From NCBI GenBank assembly GCA_009914755.4, contig CP068257.2, positions 10,144,001 to 10,208,000 on the forward strand: DNA of 64,000 nt, in the 5' to 3' direction. The position numbers and the translations under genes were made by a program. Below are positions 53,013 to 64,000 of the stretch, piece after piece. The notes beneath the pieces are model-generated. The model did no database searches. It had not been told where the DNA came from and saw nothing but the letters and a program-made list of their open reading frames with translations. This stretch comes from the human T2T-CHM13v2.0 reference genome, Homo sapiens. How positions within the stretch are numbered: the stretch's first letter is position 1; the number at the start of each line of letters is the position of its first letter.

Positions 53013-55656
53013 TTAGCACACATTTCATTTCACCATTCCATTCCATTACACTCCACTCAATTCCATTCCATTCCACCACGCTCCACTACACTCTACTTCC
53101 CTCCACTCCATGCCACTCCACTCCATTCCACTCGACTCCTTTCCATTCCATTGCATTCAATTCCATTCTATTCCATTCCATTCCAGTGCACTCCTATCCA
53201 CTCCACTCAACTCCAATACACACCACTCCACTCCTCTCTGTTCCATTCCTTTCCATTCCATTCCGTTCTCTTCCATGCCATTTCTTTCCATTCCATTCCA
53301 TTCCACTCCACTCCATTCCATTCCACTCCACTCCATTCCATTCCACTCCATTCCATTCCATTCCACTCCACTCCACTCCATTCCATTTCACTCCACTCCA
53401 CTCCATTCCATTCCTTTCCATTGCATTCCATTAAATTCCACACCACTCCGATCCACTCCACTCAACTCCACTCCAATCCACTCCACTCCAATCTGTTCCT
53501 TTCCGTTCCATTCCATTCCTTTCAATTCCATTCCTTTCCATTCCATTCCAATGCACTTCAGTCCATTCCATTCCACTCCACTGCATTTCTCTCCATTCCA
53601 CTCCATTAAAATCCTCTCTAATCCACTCCACACCATTGCACTCCTTTCCACCCCACTCCAGTCCATTCCACTCCAATCCATTCCATTCCACTCCACTCAT
53701 CTCCACTCCACCCCATTCCATTCCCTCCACCCCATTCCATTCTACTTCTTTCCATTCCTCTCCAGTCCATTCCACTCCAATCCACTTCATTCCATTTCAC
53801 TCCACTCCATTCCATTCCGTTACATTGCAATCCATTCCATGCCATTCCACTCCATTCCATTCCACTGTCCTCCACTCCACTCCACACTACTCCATTACAT
53901 TCCTTTGCATTCCACTAGACTCCATTCCTTTCCATTCCATTCCATTTCACTGCACTCGGATACAATCCACTGAACTCCACTGTACTCCACTCCACTCCAT
54001 TCCGTTCCTTTCCATACCTTTGCGTTCCATTTCATTCCATACCGTTCCATTCCATTCCATTCCACTCCACTCCATTCCATTCCAATTCAATCCACTCCAC
54101 TCTACTCCACTCCACTCCACTGTAACCCACATCACTCTTTTCCATTCCATTCCATTCCACTGCACTACAATCCACTCCATTCAGCTCCACTCTAATCCAT
54201 TCCACTCCACTCCATTCCATTCAATTCCGTTGCGTTCTGTTCCGTTCCATTCCATTCCACTCCATTCTATTCCACTACAATCCATACCACTCCACTACAT
54301 TTCTTTCATTTCCATTCCATTACAGTCCACTCGACTCCACTCCAGTACACTCCATTCAATTCCATTCCACTCCATTCTATTCCAGTCCACTCCATTCCTT
54401 TTCATTCCGTTCCAATCCATTCCACTCCATTACACTCCACTCCACTACACTTCATTCCACTCCACTCCAAACCATTACACTCCACTCCACTCCAATCCAT
54501 TCTACTCCACTACACTCCATTCCATTCCATCCCATTCCACTCTACCCCACACCACTCCACTCCACCCCACACCACTCCACTCCATTCCATTCCACTCCAC
54601 TCCATTCCATTGCAATCCATTTCATTCCATTCCATTCCACTCCACTCTGAACCACTCCACTCAATTCCACTGCATTCCACTCCACTCCACTTAGTTCTGT
54701 TCTGTTTCTTCCCATTCCATTCCTTTACATTCCATTCCATTCCTTTCCACTCCACTGTGAACCACTTCACTTAACTCCACTTCATTCCTGTCCAATCCAC
54801 TCAGTTCCGTTCTGTTTCTTTCTTTCCGTTCCATTCCATTCCATTCCATTTCGTTCCATTCCATTCCAATCCCCTTCATTCCATTGCAGTCCACATCACT
54901 CCACTACACTCCATTCCATTCCACTCCACACCATTCCACTCCACTCCATTGCATTCCACTCCACTACAGTCCATTCCATTCCACTCTACTCCACACCACT
55001 CCACTACACTCCATTCCATTCCATTCCATTCCATTCCATTCCATTCCATTCCATTCCATTCCATTCCATTCCAATCCACTCCATTCCATTCCAATCCATT
55101 CCATTCCTTTCTATTCCATTCCACTATGAACCTCTCCACTCAACTCCACTGCATTCCAGTCCACTCCACTCAGGTCCTTTCTGTTTCTTTCCATTCCATT
55201 CCATTCCATTCCATTCCATTCCATTCCGTTCCATTTCATTCCAATCCTCTCCATTCCATTACAGTCCATTCAACTCCACTCCACTCCACTCAAATCCGCT
55301 TCACTCCACTCCACTCCGCTCCACTCAATTTCATTCCACTCCATTCCATTCCATTACACTCCATTACATTACATTCCATTGCTCTCCATACCCCTCCATT
55401 CCACTCCACTCCATTCTACTCCACTCATCTCCACTCCACTCCATTCCACTCCATTCCATTCCATTCCATTCCATTCCATTCCATTCCATTCCACTCCATT
55501 CCACTCCATTCCATTCCACTCCATTCCATTCCATTCCATTCCATTCCATTCCATTCCATTCCACTCCATTCCATTCCATTCCACTCCATTCCATTCCACT
55601 CCATGCCATTCCACTCCACTCCTTTCCTTCCCATTCTACTCCATTGCATTCCAGTC

Positions 55657-55734
55657 CTTTATTTCAAATGGATCTCACTCTGTCACCCAGAAAGGAGTGC
55701 AGTGGCACAATTTTAGCTCACCTTTCATTTCACC
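55657..55734 (-). repeat. Alu 3'-end-derived segment in HSat3 (copy 30)
   Basis: tttatttcaaatggatctcactctgtcacccagaaaggagtgcagtggcacaattttagctcacctttcatttcacc. Confidence 0.65.
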
Positions 55735-57054
55735 ATTCCATTCCATTCCATTCCCTTCCATTCCATTCCATTCTACTCCACTCCATTCCATTCCACTTCA
55801 CTCCATTCCACTCTACTCCCTTCCATTCCATTCCACTCCACCCCATTCCTTTCCATCCATTTGCATTCCTTTCCATTCCACTGCACTCCAATCCACTCCA
55901 CTCAACTCCTCTCCACTGCTCTCCACTCCGTTCCTTTCTTTTCCATTCCATTTCATTTCATTACTTTCCATTCCGTTACATTCCATTTCATTCCACTCCA
56001 CTCCACTCCATTCCATTTCACACCATTCCACTCAACTCCCCACCACTCCACTACACTCTACTTCACTCCACTCCATTCCTTTCCATTCCATTCCATTCCA
56101 CTGCACTCGGTTTCACTCCACTCAACTCCACTCCATTCGACTCCACTCCACTCTGTTCCATTCCATTCCATTCTGTTTCATTCCATTCCACTCCTTTCCA
56201 TTCCTCTCCCCTCCATATCACTCCACTCCATTTCCCTCCATTCCACTCCTTTTTACTCGACTCCTCTCCAATACACTTTACTCCATTCCATTCCAATCCA
56301 TTCCTTTCCAGTCCACTCCATTCCATTCCATTCCATTCCCCTCCATTCCACTCCATTCCACACCACTCCGTTCCACTCCCTTACACTCCACTCCACTCCA
56401 TTTCATTCCACTCCACTCCATTCTATTCCATTCCATTCCTCTCCACTACATTCCATTCAAATCCATCAAATTCCTTTCCATTCCACTGCACTGCGACCCA
56501 CTCCTCTCAACTCCACTCCACTCCACTCCATTCCATTCCGTTCCACTCCATTCTGTTCCATTCAATTACATACCACTCCACTCCTTCCATTCCACTCCAT
56601 TCCACTCCACTCTACACAACTTCTCACAACTCCAGTCAATTCCACTCAATTCCACTCACTGCACTCCATTCCAGTCCATTTCATTCGATTCAAGTGCACT
56701 CCGATCCACTCCAGTGAACTCCTCTCCACTCCACCACACTCCTTTCCATTCTCTTCCATTCTGTTCCATTCCATTCCAATCCATTCAATTCCACTCCACT
56801 CCATTCCACTGCACTCCATTTCACAACATTCCACTCCATTCCATTGCACTCCACTGCATTCCACTCCATTCCACTCCACTCCATTCCCTCCCTTTCCACT
56901 GCATTCCATTCCATTCCATTAAACTCCACTCCACTCCGTTCCACTCCACTCCATTTCACTCCATTTCACTCCATTCCACTCCACTCCACTCCATTCCACT
57001 CCATTCCATTTCACTCCAACCCATTCCATTTCATTTTACTCCATACCTTTCCAT

Positions 57055-57134
57055 TCCTTTATTTTGACTGGATCTAACTTTGTCACCTAGACTGTAGTGC
57101 AGTTGCAGAATCTTAGCTCACATTTCATTTCACT
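57055..57134 (-). repeat. Alu 3'-end-derived segment in HSat3 (copy 31)
   Basis: cctttattttgactggatctaactttgtcacctagactgtagtgcagttgcagaatcttagctcacatttcatttcact. Confidence 0.6.
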
Positions 57135-57236
57135 ATTCCATTCCATTCCATTCCATTCCATTCCATTCCACTCCACTCCACTCCATTCCATTTCACTCCA
57201 ACCCATTCCATTTCATTTTACTCCATACCTTTCCAT

Positions 57237-57316
57237 TCCTTTATTTTGACTGGATCTAACTTTGTCACCCAGACTGTAGTGCAGTTGCAGAATCTTAGCT
57301 CACATTTCATTTCACT
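57237..57316 (-). repeat. Alu 3'-end-derived segment in HSat3 (copy 32). Lies in a ~180-bp local tandem duplicate of copy 31
   Basis: cctttattttgactggatctaactttgtcacccagactgtagtgcagttgcagaatcttagctcacatttcatttcact. Confidence 0.6.
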
Positions 57317-58157
57317 ATTCCATTCCATTCCATTCCATTCCACTCCACTCCACTCCACTCCACCCCACTCCATTCCACTCCACTCCACTCCACTTCACTC
57401 CACTCCATTGCATTCCACTCCACTCCACTCTTTTCCATTCCATTCCATTTAATTCCATTCCATTGCACTCCCATCATCTCCACTCAGCTCCACTCCACTC
57501 CACTCCACTCCCTTCTGTTCCGTTCCATTCCATTCCATTCCATTCCATTCCATTCCTTTCCATTCCATTCCACTCCATTCAATTCCATTCCACTCCATTC
57601 TGCTCCACTCCATTCCACTCCACTCCACTCCACTCCACTCCGTTCCATTCCATTCCTTTCCTTTCCACTACAGTCCGATCCCCTCCACTCAACTCCACTC
57701 CATTGCACTACACTCCACTCTGTTCCATTCCATTCCGTTCTGTTCAGTTCCGTTCCGTTCCGTTCCGTTGCATTCCTCTCCATTCCATTCCACTCCACTC
57801 CATTTAACTCCACTCCTTTTCACTCCATTCTAATCCATTCGTTTCCATTCCACACCACTCCTTTCCATTCCATTCCACTAAATTCCATTCCATTCCTTTC
57901 CAAACCACTCCACTTCATTCCACTCCACTCCACTCCATTCCTCTTCAATCCATTCCACTCTACTCCACTCCATTCCACGCTATTCCATTCCGTTCCACTC
58001 CATTCCATTTCATTCCATTCCACTCCATTCCACTCGATTCGACTCCACTCCATTCCAATGCACTCCACTCCATTCCACTCCATTCCATTCCACTTCACTC
58101 CATTACATTCCACTTCACTCCATTCCATTCCATCCAACTACATGCCATTCCGTTCTC

Positions 58158-58236
58158 TTATTTAGACTGAATCTCACTCTGTCACCCAGACTGGAGTGCA
58201 GTGGCAGAATCTTAGATCACATTTCATTTAACCATT
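58158..58236 (-). repeat. Alu 3'-end-derived segment in HSat3 (copy 33)
   Basis: cttatttagactgaatctcactctgtcacccagactggagtgcagtggcagaatcttagatcacatttcatttaacc. Confidence 0.65.
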
Positions 58237-58714
58237 CCATTCCAATCCATTCCATTCGACTCCATTCCATTCCATTCCACACCACTCCATTCCACTCCAC
58301 TCCACTCCATTCCATTCCACTGCACTCCATTCCATTCCTTTCCATTCCATTCCACTGCACTCAGATCAGCTCCACTCAACTCCACTGCACTCCATTCCAC
58401 TCCATTCCTATCTGTTGCATTCCTTTCCATTCCATTCCATTCCATTCAATTCCACTCCACTCCATTCCATTCTTCTCCATTCTACTCCATTCCACTCCTC
58501 TCCACTGCACTCCACTCCACTTCATTCCATTCCATTCCATTCCACTCCATTCCATTCCATTCCACTCCATTCCACTCCATTCTACTCCATTCCTTTCCAT
58601 TCTATTCCTGTCCTTTCCACTACACTCCATTCCACTCCACTCTACTCCATTCCCCTCCATTCCATTCCACTCCAATCCATTCCATTACATTCCACTGCAT
58701 TCCATTCTATTCCT

Positions 58715-58790
58715 TTATTTCTATTGGATCTCACTCTGTCACCAAGACTGCAGTGCAGTGGCAAAATCTTAGCTCACATTACATTTCACC
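58715..58790 (-). repeat. Alu 3'-end-derived segment in HSat3 (copy 34)
   Basis: tttatttctattggatctcactctgtcaccaagactgcagtgcagtggcaaaatcttagctcacattacatttcacc. Confidence 0.65.
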
Positions 58791-58872
58791 CTTGCATTCC
58801 ATTCCATTCCTTTCCATTCCATTCCACTCCAATCCATTCCATTACATTCCACTCCATTCCATTCTATTCCTT

Positions 58873-58950
58873 TATTTCTATTGGATCTCGCTCTGTCACC
58901 AAGACTGCAGTGCAGTGGTAAAATCTTAGCTCACATTTCATTTCACCCTT
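58873..58950 (-). repeat. Alu 3'-end-derived segment in HSat3 (copy 35). Lies in a ~160-bp local tandem duplicate of copy 34
   Basis: tttatttctattggatctcgctctgtcaccaagactgcagtgcagtggtaaaatcttagctcacatttcatttcacc. Confidence 0.65.
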
Positions 58951-60005
58951 GCATTCCATTCCATTCCTTTCCATTCCATTCCAGTCCACTCCACTCCAAT
59001 CCATTCCATTCCACTCCACTCCATTCTATTCCTTTCCATTCCATTTCATTCCATTCCACTGCACTCCCATCTTCTCCACTCAACTCCACTCCACTCCCTT
59101 CTGTTCCATTCCATTCCATTCTTTTCCATTCCTTTCCGTTCCATTCCATTCCACTTCGCTCCATTCCATTCCACTCCACTCTTCTCCACTCCATTCCACT
59201 CCACTCCACTGCACTCCGTTCCATTCCATTCCATTCCATTCCATTCCACTACAGTCCGATCCCCTCCACTCACCTCTACTCCACTGCACTACACTCCACT
59301 CCGCTCGATTCCGTTCTGTTCCATTCAGTTCTGCTCTGTTCCATGCCGTTGCATTCCACTCCATTCCATTCCACTCCATTCTATTGCACTTCATTCCAAT
59401 CCATTCCTTTCCACTCCATTCCACTCCATTGCATTCCATTCCACTCCACTCCATTCCACTCCACTCCACTCCATTTTACTCCACTCCGTTCCAACTCACT
59501 CCTCTCCATTTCACTCCATTCCACTCCCTTCCACCCCATTCCTCTCCACGCCAATTTGTTCCATTCCAATCAATTCCATTCCATTTCACTCCATTCAACT
59601 CCATTCCACTCCATTCCAATCCACTCGATTCCACTCAACTCCATTTCACTCCACTCCACTCTGTTACTTTCCATTGCATTCCTCTCCACTCCATTGCATT
59701 CCATTGCATTCCCCTCCATTACATTGCATTCCCTTCCATTGCAGTTCATTCCACTCCATTCCACTCTATTACACTCCACTACACTCCACTCCATTACACT
59801 CCACTCCATTCCATTAAACTCCATTCCATTCCACTACATTCCATTCCACTCCATTCCTTTCCACTACATTCCTTTCCATTCCATTCCACTCCATTCCACT
59901 CCACTCCATTCCACTCCACTCCATTCCAGTCCACTCCACTCCATTCCACTTCATTCCATTCCACTCCACTCCATTTCATTCCATTCTACTCCATTCCATT
60001 TCTTT

Positions 60006-60084
60006 CCTTAATTTCTGCTGGATCTCACTCTGTCAGCCAGACTGGAATGCAGTGCCACAATCTTATCTCACATTTCATTTCACC
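60006..60084 (-). repeat. Alu 3'-end-derived segment in HSat3 (copy 36)
   Basis: ccttaatttctgctggatctcactctgtcagccagactggaatgcagtgccacaatcttatctcacatttcatttcacc. Confidence 0.65.
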
Positions 60085-60844
60085 ATTCCATTCCATTCCA
60101 TTCAACTGCATTCCATTCCATTTCATTCCACTCCACTCCACTCCATTCGACTCCAATCCACTCCACTCCATTCCATTCCACTCCACTCCAAACCACTCAG
60201 TTCCTTTGCACTGCATGCCATTCCATTCCATTCCATTTCATTCCTTTCCACTGCCCTCCGATCCACTCCACTCAACTCCCCTCTACTGCACTCCACTCCA
60301 TTCCGTTCCATTCCAATCCATTCCATTCCATTCTATTCCATTACGTTCTATTTCTTTCCATTCCACTCCACTCCCCTCCATTCCACTCGACTGCACTCCA
60401 CTTCACTGCACTCCGCTTCACTCCATTTCATTCCATTCCATTCCATTCCACTGCACTCAGATCCACTCCACTCAAATCCACTCCGCTGCACTCCACTCCA
60501 AATCTTTCCATTCATTTCTGTTCTGTTCCTTTTTTTTCCATTCCACTTCATTCCATTCCACTCCACTCCATTCCACTCCACTCAATTTCACTCAATTCAA
60601 CTCCATTCCACTCCAATCCACTCCACTCCACTACACTGCACTCTATTCCTTTCAACTCCGTTCCATTCCACTTCATACCATTCCATTGCATTCCACTACA
60701 TTCTATTCCATTCCACAACATTCCGCTCCTTTACACTCCACTCCATTCCACTCAACTCCATTCCACTCCACAACAATCCATTCCTCTCCATTCCATTCCA
60801 CTTCTCTTCAATCCATTATATTCTACTCCATTCCATTCCATTCT

Positions 60845-60922
60845 TTTATTTCGAATGGATCTCGCTCTGCTACACAGACAGGAGTGCAGTTAAACAGTCT
60901 TAGCTCACTTTTCATTTCATCG
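60845..60922 (-). repeat. Alu 3'-end-derived segment in HSat3 (copy 37)
   Basis: tttatttcgaatggatctcgctctgctacacagacaggagtgcagttaaacagtcttagctcacttttcatttcatc. Confidence 0.6.
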
Positions 60923-63900
60923 ATCCATTCCATTCCATTCCATTCAATTGTACTCCATTCCACTGCATTCTGATCCGCTCCAATAAACTCCACTCCACTC
61001 AACTCCGTTCCATTTTATTCCATTCCATTCCACTCCACTCCAATGCATTCCATTCCACTCCATTGTAATCCAATCAACTCCACTCCACTATATTCCATTC
61101 CAATCCACTCCTCTCCAATCAACACCACTACCCTCCACTCCACTCCAATCCGGTCCATTTCGTTCCATTCCCTTCCAACCCATTCCAATACTTTCCACTC
61201 CATTCCACTCCACTCCTTTCCATTCCCCTTCATTCCACTTCTTTCCACTCCACTCTATTCCACTCCACTCCACTCCATTCCACTGAACTCCACTCCACTC
61301 AACTCCGTTGCATTCACTTCCATTCCATTTGATTCCGTTCCATTTCACTCCATTCCATTCCACTCCACTCCATTCCATTCCTCTCCATTCCATTCCACTC
61401 CACTCCATTTCACTCCATTCCACTCGATTCCACTCCAATCCACTCCATTCCTTTCCATTCCATTCCATTCCACTCCATTCCATTCTATTTCTTTCCACTC
61501 CATTCCACTCTTGTCCACCGCACTCCATTCCACTCCACTCTATTCTACTCCACTCCATTCCACTCCATTCCATTCCATTCCACCCCATTCCGTTTCATTC
61601 CACTCCATTCTATTCCATGCCACTAGATTCCATTACATTCCACTCCACTGCCCTCCAATACATTCCACTCCACTCCATTCCTTTCCACTACAATCCACTC
61701 CACTCCACTCCATTCTTTTCCATTCCCTTCCGTTCCATTTCATTCCATTCCATTCCATTCCGTTCCGTTCCGTTCCATTCCATTCCATTCCATTCCATTC
61801 CCCTGCACTCCGATACACTTCACTCAATTCTAATCCACTCAACTCCACTCAGTTCCGTTCCCTTCCATTCCTTTCCACTTCGTTCCATTCCACTCCATTC
61901 CATTCCATTCCACTAAACTCCATTCCACTCAACTCCATTCCCTTCACTCCACTCCACTCCGCAAAACTCCACTCCACTCCATTCCACTCCACTCTGTTCC
62001 AGTCCATTCCACTCCACTCCACTCCACTCTGTTCCACTCCATTCCACTCCATTCCACTCCACTTCACTCCACTCCACTCTACTCCAATTCGTTCCATTCA
62101 GTTCCTTTCCTATCTATTCCATTTGGTTCCGTTCCATTCCACTCCTTTCCATTCCAATCCACTCCATGCCACTCCACTCCATTTCATCCATTTCACTCCA
62201 CTCCACTCCATTCCACTCCACTCCATTGCATTCCACTTCATTCCATTCCATTCCACTCCACTCCATTCCATTCCATTCCGTTCCAATCCATTCCACTGCA
62301 CTCTGATCCACTGCCATCAACTCCACTCCACTTCACTCCACTCCGTTGCATTCCGTTTCATTCCATTCCATTGCATTCCATTTCATTGAATTCCATTCCA
62401 TTCAATTCCATTCCACTACACTCTGATCCACTCCACTCAACTTCAATCCACTCCACTCCACCCCAATACCATTCCATTCTGTTCCATACCACTCCATTCC
62501 ATTCCATTCCACACCACTCCATTCTATTCCATTTCACTCCTTTCCATTTCATTCCACTCCATTCCATTCCATTCAACTGGATTCCATTGCATTCCACTCC
62601 ACTACAATCTATTGTACTCCACTGCATTTCATTCCATTCCACTACACTACACTACTCTACACTGTACTCCATTCCATTCCATTCCACTCCACTCCCTTCC
62701 ATTACATTCCATTTGATTCCATTCCATTCCATTCCATTCCGTTGCATTCCACTGCATTCCTGTCCATTCCATTCCATTCCTTTCCACTCCATTCCATTCC
62801 AATCCACTCCACTCCAGTGCATTCCGTTCCACTCCACTCCATTCCGTTCCACTCCACGTCATTCCATTCCATTCCATTCCATTCCATTCCTTTCCATTCC
62901 ATTCCATTCCGTTCCATTCTATTCCACTCCACTCCATTCCATTCCATTCCAACAAATTCCATTCCATTCCACACCATCCACTCCACTCCAATCCACTCCA
63001 CTCCACTCCACTCCATTCCATTCCATTCCGTTCTATTCCATTCCACTCCACTCCACTCCACTCCATTCCATTCCATTCCATTCCATTCCACTACACTCCT
63101 ATCCACTGCACTCAACTCCACTCCATTCCACTCCACTCCATTCTATTCCATTCCATTCCATGCCATTCCATTTCATTCCATTTCGTTCTGTTCCATTACA
63201 TTCCATTCCACTCCACTCCATTCCTTCCTTCTCCATTCCACTCCAATCCACTCCACTCCACTCCACTCCACTCCACTCCAATCCATTCCATTCCGTTCCA
63301 TTCCATTCTGTTCTATTCCATTCCTTTCCACTGCATTCCATTCCACTCCACTCCATTCCACTTCACTCCCTTCCACTCAATTCCTCTCCATTCCATTCTA
63401 CTCCACCCCAATCCATTCCATTTCTCTCCTACATTCCATTCCATTCCACTCCACTTCATTCCACCCCACCCCATTCCATTCCACTCAACTCCACTCTATT
63501 CCACTCCTCTCCACTCCAATTCTCTCCACTCCATTCCATTTAACTCCATTCCATTCCATTCCATTCTCTCTATTCCATTCCATTCCACTCCACTCCATTC
63601 CATTCCATTCCACTCGATTCCACTCCACACCACTCCATTCCACTTAATTCCATTCCACTCCACTCCATTCCATTCTATTACATTCCATTCCATTCCACTC
63701 CGCTCCACTCCATTCCAGTCCAGTCCTCTCCATTCCATTACATTCTATTCCATTCCAACCCACTCTGTTCCATTCCATTGCATTCCATTCCATTTCACTG
63801 CACTCCGATCCGCTCCACTCAACTCCGCTCTACTCCATTCCATTCCACTCCACTCCATTCCATTCCATTCCACTCGATTCCACTCCACACCACTCCATTC

Positions 63901-64000
63901 CACTCAATTCCATTCCACTCCACTCCATTCCATTCTATTACATTCCATTCCATTCCACTCCGCTCCACTCCACTCCAGTCCAGTCCTCTCCATTCCATTA

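Overview
This window looks like human (great-ape-type) pericentromeric constitutive heterochromatin. I see nothing prokaryotic and no candidate protein-coding system. Positions 1-40243 are divergent alpha satellite, roughly 171-bp monomers read as the reverse complement of the conventional consensus, with no CENP-B boxes in the monomers I checked (pJalpha-like variant ccttttccaccatagg; not exhaustively scanned). Four retrotransposon insertions interrupt it: a full-length L1 at 4000-9996 (+) with 15-bp target-site duplications (TSDs); a 5'-truncated L1 at 16514-17885 (-) with TSDs; an L1 3' fragment at 23742-24437 (+); and an SVA at 34456-36362 (+) with 19-bp TSDs and a putative ~190-bp 3' transduction. 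At 40243/40244 the alpha array switches abruptly to a pentameric (CATTC)n/(GGAAT)n satellite of HSat3 type, which runs to the end of the window. A ~75-bp Alu 3'-end-derived segment (poly-A-tail remnant plus the last ~60 bp of an Alu, antisense, CpG-decayed) recurs at least 37 times inside this HSat3 array. A young AluY (52701-52998, minus strand) is inserted into one of those segments with a perfect 14-bp TSD. All the long ORFs in the supplied six-frame track that lie in the satellite are stop-free artefacts of the pentamer repeat. The only real protein-coding remnants are the disrupted L1 ORF1/ORF2 sequences. The points worth a second look are the architecture of the Alu-fragment-bearing HSat3 array, several retrotransposition details, and local segmental duplications. 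Coordinates are approximate to a few bp.
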